A DNA stretch of 64,000 nucleotides from an uncultured Pseudomonadota bacterium (GCA_903891165.1 CAITDR010000289.1:2278-66277); one strand, 5' to 3'; positions 16,102 to 25,777 are shown, numbered from the stretch's first letter. Translations and numbers: made by a program. The notes: generated from the letters alone by a model not told the origin.

Positions 16102-16995
16102 GGTGGGCTGCGCCAAAAGGCCGTAACGAAGTCCACGATCAGAGACCCGGAAGGACTGCCGACGGCTGCGCTCCAGCACATGGGACAAGATGATGGCGCC
16201 TGCGAGCACCGTGTCCGCACGCTCCGGAGAAACGGCGACCAGCTCCCGACGCTGCTCCGGGGTGGAGTCGATCAGGCGGTCGATCCAGCGGCGCAGGGCA
16301 GCCTGGGTCAGGGTGCTGCCATGTACCTTCGCGGGATCGTAGCTCTTCAAGCCCAATTCCATCGCGGCCAGGGTGGTTGCGGTACCGGCCACGGCCACCG
16401 CCGAGCGGGGCATGCCGGGCAGGTTCACCTGCTCCACCCCCAGCTCCACGGCGGCACGCAGACGCGAAAAGGCGCCCGCTTCTACACTTCCATAGCCTAA
16501 AAAGGCTTCGGTCAGCCGCACCGTACCCAGCTCGGTGGACACCCGGTACTGGATGCGGTCCCCCTCGCCCATGATCACTTCGGTGGAGCCGCCGCCGGGA
16601 TCGACCAGCATGGTGGGACCAGGCGGCAGATTCAGCCCGTCGATACTGCCGATCCAGGTCAGGCGTGCCTCCTCCTCTCCCGAGATCACCTCGACCTTCA
16701 GGCCGGTCTGGGTGCGGACCTGGGCATAGAAGGTGGTGGCATTCAGGGCGCGTCGGGAGGCAGAGGTGGCCACTGCTCGGATAGTTTCCGGGGAAACTCC
16801 AAGATTTCTCGCTTTCTCCGCGTATTCTTTGAGCACCTTCAGCGCCGCTTCCATCCGCTCGGGCCGGAAGACCCCGCGCTCCCCCAGGCCACGCCCCAGG
16901 CCGACCACGCGGGCCTCGTCGCTGACGACCTTGCCGGTGTCGTCGAGGATCAACATCAAAAGGGAGTTGGAGCCGATATCAATAGCTGCGCGCAT
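16096..16995 (-). CDS. Ppx/GppA-family phosphatase, short form without a C-terminal HD domain
   Basis: MRAAIDIGSNSLLMLI...VDPGGGSTEV...AVAGTATTLAA are ASKHA-fold phosphate-binding motifs of exopolyphosphatase/GppA. 299 aa. Confidence 0.85.
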   Translation of the reverse strand: MRAAIDIGSNSLLMLILDDTGKVVSDEARVVGLGRGLGERGVFRPERMEAALKVLKEYAEKARNLGVSPETIRAVATSASRRALNATTFYAQVRTQTGLKVEVISGEEEARLTWIGSIDGLNLPPGPTMLVDPGGGSTEVIMGEGDRIQYRVSTELGTVRLTEAFLGYGSVEAGAFSRLRAAVELGVEQVNLPGMPRSAVAVAGTATTLAAMELGLKSYDPAKVHGSTLTQAALRRWIDRLIDSTPEQRRELVAVSPERADTVLAGAIILSHVLERSRRQSFRVSDRGLRYGLLAQPTR

Positions 16996-16998
16996 CTT

Positions 16999-18303
16999 CT
17001 ACCAGGAGAGGTGAGGGGACCAGTGCGGATTGGTATATCCCCCGCCGCCGCTGGTGACCTGCACCTGGTGGCGACCGTCGGAAGATGCGATCCAGATGTG
17101 GGCGGCACCGCTGCGGGTGGAGGAGAAGGCGACGTAGCCGCCATCGGGCGACCAGCTTGGGTCTTCGTTGTCGCCTTGTCCCTGGGTGATCCGCTCCATT
17201 CCGGTACCGTCTGTCCGGACGGTGAAGACATCAAAACGTCCGTCTCTGCCGACGAAGGCGATACGATCGCCTTTGGGAGACCAGGAGGGGTCGGTATTGT
17301 GGCCACCCTGAAAGCTGACGCGGCGTGCCTCGCCGCCAGAGGCGGGCATCACGTAGATCTGGGGGCCACCGCCGCGTTCGGACACAAAAGCGATCTGGGA
17401 GCCGTCGGGGGACCAGGAGGGGGAGGTGTCGATGCCCGGGCTGTTGGTCAGCCGCGCAATCTGGCTGCCACTGTTGGCATCCAGGAGGTAGATATCGGCA
17501 TCTGAGCCCATGGTCAGCGTGAGTGCGATGCGTGTGCCGTCGGGAGAGAAGGCGCCGCTGGTGTTGATGCCAGCGCGACCGGAGACGCGCTTGATCTGCC
17601 CTTTTCCCAAGTCGGCGACGTAGAGATCGGGGTTGCCTGCAAAATAGCTGGTGAAGGCCAGGGCATTTCCGGCGGGGTTCCAGCGTGGCTTCAGGTTGAT
17701 ACTGCCGTTTTTGGTGATCTGGCGGCGGCCATAGCCATCCACGTCCATCACATAGATCTCTTTGTTCCCACTGAAATTGCCGACAAAGGCGAGGCGGGTA
17801 TCAAAAAAGCCGCGCTCTCCGGTCACCGCTATCATGATCTCGTTGGCGACCCGATGGGCCATGCCACGGGTGCCCGCCGCCGGTGCAGAAAATGCGCGAG
17901 ACGCCAGCTTTTCCCCGCCGCCCACATCATAGATCCACACTTCCGTGCGCACATCACTTCCCGATGAAACCACGCCGGTCTTGGCCAGCACCGCCGCCCC
18001 GACTGTGCGCCAGTCCGAAAACTGGAATTCCCCAGGCCGAAGGCCCGCAGTTGCGGGTTCGATACTGGCCTCTTGCGACAGAATGCGGAAATAGCCCGAA
18101 AGCTCCAGATCCCGGCGTACCACGTCCCAGAACTCCTGGGTCTGCGACGCTCCACCTTTGGGCGTCGGCAGTGCGATGGGTACCGCTCGGTCGCCGGGCT
18201 TGCCGATCTGCACCTCTACCAGGGTTCGGCCTTCCTCGGCCAGTCCGGTGAGGGTCCAGGCCAGAGCCAGCATGGAGACGCACAGGGGAATCAGGCGCTT
18301 CAA
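16999..18303 (-). CDS. tolB: Tol-Pal system beta-propeller protein TolB
   Basis: Repeated PDGxxIAF...IYxxD propeller blades (SPDGTRIALT, SPDGSQIAFVSERGGGPQIYVM, SPKGDRIAFVG, SPDGGYVAFSS). I start it at TTG 18303, which gives the signal peptide MKRLIPLCVSMLALAWTLTGLA and a TTGA overlap with the upstream gene. The longest ORF start is 18342. Confidence 0.9.
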   Translation of the reverse strand: MKRLIPLCVSMLALAWTLTGLAEEGRTLVEVQIGKPGDRAVPIALPTPKGGASQTQEFWDVVRRDLELSGYFRILSQEASIEPATAGLRPGEFQFSDWRTVGAAVLAKTGVVSSGSDVRTEVWIYDVGGGEKLASRAFSAPAAGTRGMAHRVANEIMIAVTGERGFFDTRLAFVGNFSGNKEIYVMDVDGYGRRQITKNGSINLKPRWNPAGNALAFTSYFAGNPDLYVADLGKGQIKRVSGRAGINTSGAFSPDGTRIALTLTMGSDADIYLLDANSGSQIARLTNSPGIDTSPSWSPDGSQIAFVSERGGGPQIYVMPASGGEARRVSFQGGHNTDPSWSPKGDRIAFVGRDGRFDVFTVRTDGTGMERITQGQGDNEDPSWSPDGGYVAFSSTRSGAAHIWIASSDGRHQVQVTSGGGGYTNPHWSPHLSW

Positions 18304-19085
18304 AGGGCCTCCTTGCAGGAAAATACCAGGTCCGCATCCCAACCATTGGGGTGGGTGGCCGGTGTAGGGGGCAGCTTGACCGTCGCCTCGACCGCACGCA
18401 GGCAGGATCCGTCAAAAGAGGCGTTTCCAGAAGGAGTACTCACCCGCGGATCCGCCTTCCGGCCGCCCTGGCCGTCCACCACCACCCGCACCTTGACCGT
18501 CAGGCCGGGCGAGGCCTGGCAGATGGAGAGGATCGGGTGCCAGTTGGGGTTGATGAGGTCACGGGCAGCTTTGGCCCACTTGGCCAGCTCGGCATTGGTG
18601 GGCTTTCCACTTCCCGTTCCCGCCAGCGAAGGATCGTCCACCCCGTCGGGAGAGGTAGCTGCACGGTCCTGCTTGCCGATGGGGGCATTCAGATCCTGGA
18701 GTAGCTGCTGCCGTCGCATCTCCGCCAGCATTTCTTCGCGCAATTTCTCGGCTTTGGGGTCCCCTTTGACCTTGGGGGCGTCGGGTACGGGAATGGCCAG
18801 ATCACTCTGCTTGGGCGGGGGTGGGGTAGGCGGAGTCGGAACGTCGGGACTGCCGGCATTGGGAGGAGGAGCACGCTCCGCCTTTTGCGGCATGGCACTT
18901 GACTGTTTGAGAGGAGGTGGGTTCATGTCCACCATCATCACCTCCTCAGGTTTGATGAAGGGCTGCACCTTGCCGTCGCCGCAGCGGGCCACCAGAAGAG
19001 TGGCAAACACCACCAGATGTGCACCGATCGAGGCCAGGATCTCCCAGCCAAGGCGGGGACCGGCTTGGAGGACAGCCACACTCAT
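18300..19085 (-). CDS. tolA: TolA-like protein (N-terminal TM anchor, Pro-rich spacer, TonB_C/TolA_C-type domain)
   Basis: Anchor ILASIGAHLVVFATLLVA. Spacer PPPNAGSPDVPTPPTPPPPKQ. C-terminal domain ...VKVRVVVDGQGGRKADPRVSTPSGNASFDGSCLRAV. It sits between tolR and tolB and has an ATGA overlap with tolR. Confidence 0.7.
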   Translation of the reverse strand: MSVAVLQAGPRLGWEILASIGAHLVVFATLLVARCGDGKVQPFIKPEEVMMVDMNPPPLKQSSAMPQKAERAPPPNAGSPDVPTPPTPPPPKQSDLAIPVPDAPKVKGDPKAEKLREEMLAEMRRQQLLQDLNAPIGKQDRAATSPDGVDDPSLAGTGSGKPTNAELAKWAKAARDLINPNWHPILSICQASPGLTVKVRVVVDGQGGRKADPRVSTPSGNASFDGSCLRAVEATVKLPPTPATHPNGWDADLVFSCKEAL

Positions 19086-19510
19086 GGGGTGGGCGCCCCC
19101 GGCTGGGTGACCAGACCCACCTTCACGATCCCGGCGTTGCGTGCCGCCGCAAGGAGCTGCAAGACTTTTTCATAGGGGAGGGCACCATCTGCCCGTACAA
19201 ACACCGGACGGTCGGGGTTTGCTTCCGCGATGGCCTTCAATTTGATCGCCAGCTCCTCCTTCAGAATCTGCCGATCCTGGCCGCTACCATCGCTCAGAAA
19301 GTACTCCTCCTTGCCGGTCATGGAGAGTACAAGCTGGTTTTCAGCCACCAGCGAGGGGGCCTCGGCGCGGGGCAGGTCCATCTCCACACCGGTGGTCATC
19401 AAGGGCGCGGTGACCATAAAGATGATCAACAGCACCAACATCACATCCACAAAAGGAGTGACGTTGATCTCGGACATCACACCGCCGGAGCGGGAGCTGG
19501 ACATTCCCAT
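19082..19510 (-). CDS. tolR: TolR (ExbD/TolR family)
   Basis: MSEINVTPFVDVMLVLLIIFMVTAPLM is the ExbD/TolR signature. Context is tolQ-tolR-tolA-tolB. Confidence 0.85.
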   Translation of the reverse strand: MGMSSSRSGGVMSEINVTPFVDVMLVLLIIFMVTAPLMTTGVEMDLPRAEAPSLVAENQLVLSMTGKEEYFLSDGSGQDRQILKEELAIKLKAIAEANPDRPVFVRADGALPYEKVLQLLAAARNAGIVKVGLVTQPGAPTP

Positions 19511-19513
19511 TTT

Positions 19514-20239
19514 TCAGCGCCCCCGGTAGTGACGCTTCACGATGTTCAAAAAGTCCGAGCCGAAGGCGTCCATCTCACTGGCCAGACCCTTGATGCTACT
19601 GGTAAAGTAGTTGTAGGCCATAACCGCCGGGATTGCGGCCAACAAGCCGACCGCAGTCGCGATGAGGGCGTGGGCGATGTCCGGGCCTACCGTCGCAACG
19701 GTGGCCTGTCCGGTCACGCCGATCTTCTGGAAGGCGCGGAGGATTCCCCACACCGTTCCAAAAAGTCCGATGAAGGGCGCCGTGGATCCGGTGGTCGCAA
19801 GAAAAGTGGTGAGGCGCTCCAGCTGGTTCAGCTCCACATTGGTGGTGCGTCGCAACGCGCGTTCGATATTCTCGGTGACGCCCAGATCCATGGCCACCGA
19901 GGCGGCATCGGTTCCGGTCAGGCGCTTCAGCTCGATGTAGCCCGCGGCAAAAACTGCAGCGACCGGCGAGTTGGGGTACTTGCCGGTGCGTTCGTAGACT
20001 TTATCGAGATCGGGAGACTTCCAGAACATCTCCAGGAAGGAGGCAGATTCCTGGGATGCCTTGCGCAGAGCCAGCCATTTGTTGAGGATGATGCCCCAGC
20101 AGACCACGCTCATGGAGAGCAGTCCAAAGAGGACCAGCTGCACGATGATGTCGGCGCCGGTGAGGAGCGAGAGCATGGAGAGATCGCCCTCGGGGGCGGC
20201 AGCGATACTCACCAGATGTACGGGAATGAAAGGGTCCAT
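19514..20239 (-). CDS. tolQ: TolQ (MotA/TolQ/ExbB proton channel)
   Basis: Three TM segments and the conserved block TAPFIGLFGTVWGILRAF...ATVGPDIAHALIATAVGLLAAIPAVMAYNYF. Confidence 0.85.
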   Translation of the reverse strand: MDPFIPVHLVSIAAAPEGDLSMLSLLTGADIIVQLVLFGLLSMSVVCWGIILNKWLALRKASQESASFLEMFWKSPDLDKVYERTGKYPNSPVAAVFAAGYIELKRLTGTDAASVAMDLGVTENIERALRRTTNVELNQLERLTTFLATTGSTAPFIGLFGTVWGILRAFQKIGVTGQATVATVGPDIAHALIATAVGLLAAIPAVMAYNYFTSSIKGLASEMDAFGSDFLNIVKRHYRGR

Positions 20240-20310
20240 CGGGTCCAGCCAGATCGACGTTGGATAACCGCAACGCCGCCACCGTGCCCGCCCTTACAGC
20301 CCCCGATCCG

Positions 20311-21552
20311 TCAAGAGTTTTCTGCGTCGCGTGGGCTGTCGCTGCGGCGACGGCGGCGGCGCTTCTTCCCGCCGCCCTCCGACTCCCGTCGGCTCTGAAC
20401 CTCGGCGATCAAGGCCAGGACTTCCTCGCCGAACTCGGCGATCTGCCAGCGACGGATCTCGGGGACGGACTCCAGCTCGGCCATGGTCTCCGGCGCAATA
20501 CGGGTCAGCGACTTCAGCAGGTTGTTGGAGAAGACGGCGACCGGCGGCAGGCCCTTCTCTTCGGTCTTCAAGTTTCGCCAGTCCCGAAGCTTTAGAAGAA
20601 GCAGCTCGGACTCGCGGGTGGAGAGTGCGGCGGGCAGGTTCTGGCGCTCGATGGGGGGCGGCACCGGCAGCTCGCTCTGGTCCTGGAGGCCATCCTTTAC
20701 GGCTTGCAAGAGGCCATCGCCATGACGACGCAAGAGTGGCGATCCCCGGCGGAAGAGTGGGGCCATTTCGTCCGGGGTCTGAGGGAGGGCGTCGGCAATG
20801 GCCAGCAGTACGTCGTCGGGAAGCACCTTGAAGGTGGGCCGGTCGTACTCCGCCGCCTGCAGCTCACGGTAGCGGTGCAAGGCACGCAGGGCACGCAGGC
20901 CATCCAAAGGCAGGCCACGGGAGCCCTTGATCCGCAGGAAATCTGCCGGATCGCGGGTGCGGCCCTGCCACTGCCGTCGGGAGAGCAGTGCACATTCCTC
21001 GGCGACCTGACCCAGGCGACCACTCTGCTGCAGGCGCAGGGTCAGAACTTCGCGAAGAGCAGGAAGGAAGTGTGTATCTCCACGTGCGTAGTCCAGATGT
21101 TCGGGCAATAGCGGGCGCGCCGACCAGTCGTGGCGTTGGTAGCGTTTGTCGATCACATGCCCGAACCAGCGGCGGATCAGATCGGCAAGTCCTACGCCGG
21201 GAAGGCCCAGAAATTGCGCAGCGATCATCGTGTCGAACATGTTGTTGAACTGAAAGCCGAAGTCGCGACGCAGGCTCACGATATCGTAGTCGGCCCCGTG
21301 CAGCACCTTGACCTGCTTTTCGTTCTCAAAAAGAGGGCCAAGCGGGCTCATATCCTCGATCACCAACGGATCGATGATGAAGTCGGCATCCAGGTCAGAG
21401 ATCTGGATCAGGCTGACTTTTTCCTGATAGCGGTGGAAGCCATCGGACTCGGTATCCACTCCGATCACCGGGGCCTGGGCGAGCTGTTCGACCGCACGCA
21501 GGAGACCCTCGCGGGTCTGAATCACATGGAGGGGGGTTTCTCCGAAAATCAT
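20311..21552 (-). CDS. rnd: Ribonuclease D (DEDD 3'-5' exonuclease plus HRDC), with a poly-Arg C-terminal tail
   Basis: VIGVDTESDGFHRYQEKVSLIQIS...VLHGADYDI...YARGDTHFL are the ExoI-III motifs. An HRDC-like region follows. The tail is GGGKKRRRRRRSDSPRDAENS. ATGA overlap with ridA. Confidence 0.85.
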   Translation of the reverse strand: MIFGETPLHVIQTREGLLRAVEQLAQAPVIGVDTESDGFHRYQEKVSLIQISDLDADFIIDPLVIEDMSPLGPLFENEKQVKVLHGADYDIVSLRRDFGFQFNNMFDTMIAAQFLGLPGVGLADLIRRWFGHVIDKRYQRHDWSARPLLPEHLDYARGDTHFLPALREVLTLRLQQSGRLGQVAEECALLSRRQWQGRTRDPADFLRIKGSRGLPLDGLRALRALHRYRELQAAEYDRPTFKVLPDDVLLAIADALPQTPDEMAPLFRRGSPLLRRHGDGLLQAVKDGLQDQSELPVPPPIERQNLPAALSTRESELLLLKLRDWRNLKTEEKGLPPVAVFSNNLLKSLTRIAPETMAELESVPEIRRWQIAEFGEEVLALIAEVQSRRESEGGGKKRRRRRRSDSPRDAENS

Positions 21553-21926
21553 GCGACCTTCGCGATGCAGTCGATCTCGACGCGGACATCGCGGGGGAGA
21601 CCGGCCACAGCCACGGTGGCGCGGGCGGGGCGGTGCTCGCCGAAAAAGGCAGCATAGACATCATTCATGGCCTTGAAGTCCGCCATGTCCCGCAAATAGA
21701 CTGTAGTCTTTATTACATTGCTTCGGCGGGAGCCAGCGCCCACTAGGACGGCGTCCAGGTTGGCGAGCACCTGCCGGGTCTGGGCGGCAACGTCGCCATC
21801 CAAAAGTGCTCCGGTGGTGGGAATCAGGGCGATCTGGCCGGAACAGTAGACCAGATCTCCATGGACTACGGCTTGGCTGTAGGGTCCGATGGCGGCGGGC
21901 GCGTCGGGAGTGGAGATAAACTGCAT
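21549..21926 (-). CDS. ridA: RidA/YjgF-family reactive-intermediate deaminase
   Basis: MQFISTPDAPAAIGPYSQAVVHGDLVYCSGQIAL...ARATVAVAGLPRDVRVEIDCIA. Confidence 0.9.
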   Translation of the reverse strand: MQFISTPDAPAAIGPYSQAVVHGDLVYCSGQIALIPTTGALLDGDVAAQTRQVLANLDAVLVGAGSRRSNVIKTTVYLRDMADFKAMNDVYAAFFGEHRPARATVAVAGLPRDVRVEIDCIAKVA

Positions 21927-21933
21927 CAGTTAC

Positions 21934-22455
21934 TCAGGGGGAATAGACGGCCACGTAGGGGAGGTTGCGATACAGTTCTCCGAGATCCAGCCCGTAGCCA
22001 ACCACAAACTCATCGGGAATGGTGAAGCCCACATAGTCCACCGGCACCGAGGTTTCCCGGTTGGAGGGCTTGTCGAGCAGCGAGACCAGCTTCAAGACTT
22101 TCGGGCCACGAACCTCTAACATTCGCAGGAGGTAGTCCATGGTCAGCCCGGTGTCCACGATATCTTCGACCAGAAGACAGACCTGGCCGCGGATTTCCGA
22201 GCGGAGATCCTGGGTGATCTGAACGGCACCGGAGGAGTGTGTGCCGCCGTGGTAGCTGGCCACCCCGAGAAATTCCACGCGGACATTGCCGGGAATCGCC
22301 CGGACCAAGTCGGCCAGGAAGATGAAGGAGCCCTTGAGCACCGCAATCACGGTGATGGTATCGTCGGGATGGTCGGCGCGAATCTGACGCCCCAGCTCGG
22401 CGATGCGGGCAGCAATTTCTTCGGCGGTGATCAAGGCTTTCAGCGTATCGGCCAT
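21934..22455 (-). CDS. hpt: Hypoxanthine phosphoribosyltransferase
   Basis: ORF 21934..22668 trimmed to ATG 22455. ...VIAVLKGSFIFLADLVR...VCLLVEDIVDTGLTMDYL...VGFTIPDEFVVGYGLDLGELYRNLPYV shows the PRPP-binding loop and the Hpt C-terminal motif. Confidence 0.9.
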   Translation of the reverse strand: MADTLKALITAEEIAARIAELGRQIRADHPDDTITVIAVLKGSFIFLADLVRAIPGNVRVEFLGVASYHGGTHSSGAVQITQDLRSEIRGQVCLLVEDIVDTGLTMDYLLRMLEVRGPKVLKLVSLLDKPSNRETSVPVDYVGFTIPDEFVVGYGLDLGELYRNLPYVAVYSP

Positions 22456-22456
22456 C

Positions 22457-23269
22457 TCATACCCAGGCGTTGTTGAGGACTTCCCCGAGGCCACCGGCGC
22501 CAGGGACGATGTACTGGTGCTCATCCAGACCACGCTCCTGCGATGGATGCAGGCCGGGGGAGGAGGAAAGAGCCTCAGGGGAGGAAAATCCGCGATCGAG
22601 GCGCAGAGCATGGATGTGGACGCTGGGATCGGCCGCCAGGATCCGCTGCACGTATTCGGGGGTGACAATCAGGTGCGCGCAGATCACCTTGATCGCCGAT
22701 CCGGCACCCGAGCGTCGGTAGTACTCTAATGCTTCCAGAAGAGAACCACCGGTTGCACCCATGGGATCGGGCACCACCAGGATCGCCCCATCCAGGGGGC
22801 CGCCCACTTTGGCGGCAGCCACCGAGGCCCCGGTCACCTGCCCGCCGGCATTCACCGAGCGACTGACAAAAAGGTGGTCCTGCCGGATGTTTTCGGGGTT
22901 GAGCAACTCGTTGAAGCGCTCGTAGAACAGCTGCGCGGGCACGATCCCCGCACGGGCCACGTCTACCACCACCACGCGGGTGTCGGGATGCAGGACCACA
23001 CCCTCGTAGGCGTGGTCGGGGTGGGCCTTGGTCATCCGCGTCGGGATGCGGCGTACATCGGTGGGAAGCTCGCGGCTGGCTACCTGCGTAAAAAGATACT
23101 CAAAAGCGCGCACACACAGGTTGCCTACCTCGGGCTGGCGGGTGGCCGGGTGTCCGAGACGCGCCAGCAGGGACAGCGCATAGGGGTGGCTGTGGAGGTG
23201 CAGGCGCTCGCCATAGTGGTGGGGCGCGGTACCCAGGTTCAGCTGGACATGGGCGCTATCGACGGTCAT
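22457..23269 (-). CDS. upp: Uracil phosphoribosyltransferase, long form (270 aa)
   Basis: ORF trimmed to ATG 23269, which forms an ATGA overlap with the upstream lipoprotein gene. PRPP loop is ILVVPDPMGATGGSL. The C-terminal motif is QYIVPGAGGLGEVLNN. N-terminal extension and an insertion before the C-terminal motif, compared with my recollection of ~208-aa Upp. Confidence 0.8.
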   Translation of the reverse strand: MTVDSAHVQLNLGTAPHHYGERLHLHSHPYALSLLARLGHPATRQPEVGNLCVRAFEYLFTQVASRELPTDVRRIPTRMTKAHPDHAYEGVVLHPDTRVVVVDVARAGIVPAQLFYERFNELLNPENIRQDHLFVSRSVNAGGQVTGASVAAAKVGGPLDGAILVVPDPMGATGGSLLEALEYYRRSGAGSAIKVICAHLIVTPEYVQRILAADPSVHIHALRLDRGFSSPEALSSSPGLHPSQERGLDEHQYIVPGAGGLGEVLNNAWV

Positions 23270-25179
23270 CCTTCCTCCGGAAGCAGGGTGAGGAGCGAGG
23301 AAATGGTATTGAGCACTACATCCAGGGTGCCACCCACCTGGAGGCGTGCGAACCAGGGCAGGGGTCCTTCGGCGGTCAGCTCGGTGCGGAAGGCTGCATC
23401 CCGGAGCGCATCGGACTCCACCAGGACCAGCAGCGGGCGTAGCTTGTCGTGGTCTGCCAGCAGGTCGGCAGCCTCCGGTGCCCAGGAAAAGGAGGGATCT
23501 TCCTGAAGGAGGGCATCCAACCGGGTCAGCACTGTGGGCAGCTCCGCCTCCCCCTCTCCCAAAAGCCTGCCCAGGTTGGCCATGGCTACCCAGGTGCCCT
23601 CCTGCGCCAGGGCGGCCTGCAGCGGGGGACCCAGGCGGTCCAGGGGCGTCAGACCGTCCTGATCGGGCGGGAGTACGGCACCCAGAATGTCCCAAACATC
23701 CTCAAAACTTAGAGGATTCACCCCAAAAGGAAAGTAGCCAGCATCAAAATAGTCGTCGGGCTCCAATAGCACCGCCACCATCGTAAGCAGATCCTGCACC
23801 AGCGACGCATCGGCAAGATCAATCAGCGCTTCTTCTACCGGCGGTAGCAGCTCCACCTCGTAGGCGACGTCGAGCAGGTTCACCATATCGGGAATATGCC
23901 CGTCCATTGCCCGTAAAAGTAAGATCAGCGAGCGCGACAGGCCGGGGGAATCATTAAGACGCTCGATGGAGTACAGGTCCTCGATCATCTGCGGGCTGAT
24001 ACCCGAGCAGACGTTGGGCACCAGATCCAACAGCGGCCCCGTGAGCCAGTCTACGTCCAGCACCCCACCCAGCAGCTCCACCACGGTGATGGCGGTGTTC
24101 GGGTTCCAGGTGGCGATCAGCTCCAAGAGCTGCACCGAGAGGTTCCCCAGGGAGATATGGATGGGAAAACCGATGATATTCCCATCGCAGCTGATGTCCT
24201 GGTTGCCGGCATGCAAAAGCCGTACCAGCGCCGTAAGTGCCGAGATGTCCGATGCGCCCAGGTTGTAGTTTCCTTGTGCATCTTTGCGTGCCATGTCCGC
24301 GAGCTGACCGGGGAGGTTCTGGAGCCGCCCCTCCGCCTCCACCAGCCAGCTCCGCAGCTCGGCCTCGATCACCGGATCGTCTAAGAGCGGCAACAGCGGA
24401 TCGGAGAGCCGGGAAAGACGCGGCCTCCCTGCAAAATCGCCCATCATCGCCACCACCAAGGCCCGGATGGAGTCCTGGGAGTGCAGCCGGTTGTTGGAGG
24501 TATCCCCGGCCTTTTCGAGGGCATCCGAAACATCGAAGGCCCAGCGCTGGTTCAGCGTGGACAGCGTCGGGTTGCTGGATTGTCCGATGGCGGAAACTGT
24601 CCAGGCAAGCTGTGGAAGTCGCTCGGAGCGCAGCAGGGAGTCCACAGGTTGTAGCGCCCGGTAGTCGTCGTCCAGTATGGCTGCACTGCCGACGCCCAGC
24701 GTGGAAGAAAGGGGCGTCAAAAGACCGCGATCGAGTTCAGTTTGCGAGTTCAGCTCTACGGAGCGCCCCAGCCAGCCGTAGGGCGAGCCATAGAGCAGCT
24801 CCAGACCCATGTGCAGGACCCAGCCCCACTCCTCGCGCTGGGAAAGCAGGCTACGCCCGCCGCTCAGCAGGCTGGGGATAGAGAAGGAGGTTCCTGCCAG
24901 TTTGTTGGCCTCCACCGCCACGACGTAGCCGACGGCACCGTCGCGGGTGCTGCCGTCCAGGGAGCGATCCAGGGGCTCCAGCGCGCGAAGCGCTCCCGTG
25001 TGGTTTAAGCAGGCAAAAACCTGATGAAGCTCCTCGGTGGAGCTTTCATCGATGCCGTCCAGCAGGTTCGCCTCGTAGCAGGGGCCTTCGGGGGAGAGCT
25101 GCTCCTGCCAGGCCGGGTTCGACGGGGCAAAATCACAGCCGCCCAAGCTGAAAATCAGCAGGGCAGCGAGCTTTCGCAT
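23266..25179 (-). CDS. Hypothetical lipoprotein, alpha-helical, 637 aa
   Basis: Started at ATG 25179, giving MRKLAALLIFSLGGC with a lipobox. No recognisable catalytic motif. It lies 4 nt downstream of the beta-barrel gene and overlaps upp. Confidence 0.6.
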   Translation of the reverse strand: MRKLAALLIFSLGGCDFAPSNPAWQEQLSPEGPCYEANLLDGIDESSTEELHQVFACLNHTGALRALEPLDRSLDGSTRDGAVGYVVAVEANKLAGTSFSIPSLLSGGRSLLSQREEWGWVLHMGLELLYGSPYGWLGRSVELNSQTELDRGLLTPLSSTLGVGSAAILDDDYRALQPVDSLLRSERLPQLAWTVSAIGQSSNPTLSTLNQRWAFDVSDALEKAGDTSNNRLHSQDSIRALVVAMMGDFAGRPRLSRLSDPLLPLLDDPVIEAELRSWLVEAEGRLQNLPGQLADMARKDAQGNYNLGASDISALTALVRLLHAGNQDISCDGNIIGFPIHISLGNLSVQLLELIATWNPNTAITVVELLGGVLDVDWLTGPLLDLVPNVCSGISPQMIEDLYSIERLNDSPGLSRSLILLLRAMDGHIPDMVNLLDVAYEVELLPPVEEALIDLADASLVQDLLTMVAVLLEPDDYFDAGYFPFGVNPLSFEDVWDILGAVLPPDQDGLTPLDRLGPPLQAALAQEGTWVAMANLGRLLGEGEAELPTVLTRLDALLQEDPSFSWAPEAADLLADHDKLRPLLVLVESDALRDAAFRTELTAEGPLPWFARLQVGGTLDVVLNTISSLLTLLPEEG

Positions 25180-25183
25180 CGGG

Positions 25184-25777
25184 TCAGTCGAAGAGGTAGC
25201 GAACGCCAAGGGTCAGGTTCTCGGTGTGGTAGAAGCGCTTCCGGTAGCGGAGCCCGCCGCTCACTTCGGCGTGTAGCTGGACATGCCGGGCCACGGTGTA
25301 GGTGGCACCTACACCGAGTTCGGCAGTGAGGAATTCGGTAAAGTCGCTGGTCAGAAAGCCAGAGCCGATGGTGGTGGTGAGCACCAGCTGCAGTCCGGTC
25401 GGATCGCCTACCAGACCCCACTGCAGGCCGCCGGTGACCATACCGATGTCACGGGGGACGGTACGCAGGTTGTAGGCGTAGGAGGGATCCTTCATCTCCT
25501 CCGTCGCGACCTGGGCGGTATCCATCAGGTAGTAGCCGCGGAAGACGCCCATGATCTTGTCGTCCCGGTCGCCCAGAACCAGCTCCAGACCACCGCCGAA
25601 GTTCGGACCGATCTGGTTGATGGGGGGCGCCTGCTCCAGCTCGCCGGTCGTTTCGTTGGGGACGTAGTAGTAGACCCGGTCCGAGTGGAGTCCGCCCGTG
25701 GCGATCAGGCCGAACCCACCGGCGAGGGCAGGGGCGGGAAGCAGCAGGGCGAGGGCGAACAGGGAGGGACGCATCAC
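25184..25777 (-). CDS. Small outer-membrane beta-barrel protein (hypothetical)
   Basis: Signal peptide M(M)RPSLFALALLLPAPALA. Alternating hydrophobic beta-strand pattern with a C-terminal ...LTLGVRYLFD. GTG 25777 or ATG 25774. Confidence 0.55.
   Translation of the reverse strand: MMRPSLFALALLLPAPALAGGFGLIATGGLHSDRVYYYVPNETTGELEQAPPINQIGPNFGGGLELVLGDRDDKIMGVFRGYYLMDTAQVATEEMKDPSYAYNLRTVPRDIGMVTGGLQWGLVGDPTGLQLVLTTTIGSGFLTSDFTEFLTAELGVGATYTVARHVQLHAEVSGGLRYRKRFYHTENLTLGVRYLFD

Noticed and set aside
16096-16995. The gene following tolB, checked as a possible pal.
   Set aside because: It has the ASKHA-fold Ppx/GppA motifs (IDIGSNS, DPGGGSTE). It has no lipobox and no OmpA-like domain.
19019-20398. 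A 459-aa plus-strand ORF antisense to tolR/tolQ.
   Set aside because: It has shadow-ORF composition (G/R/H/D-rich, no motifs). The minus strand carries unmistakable TolQ/TolR signatures.
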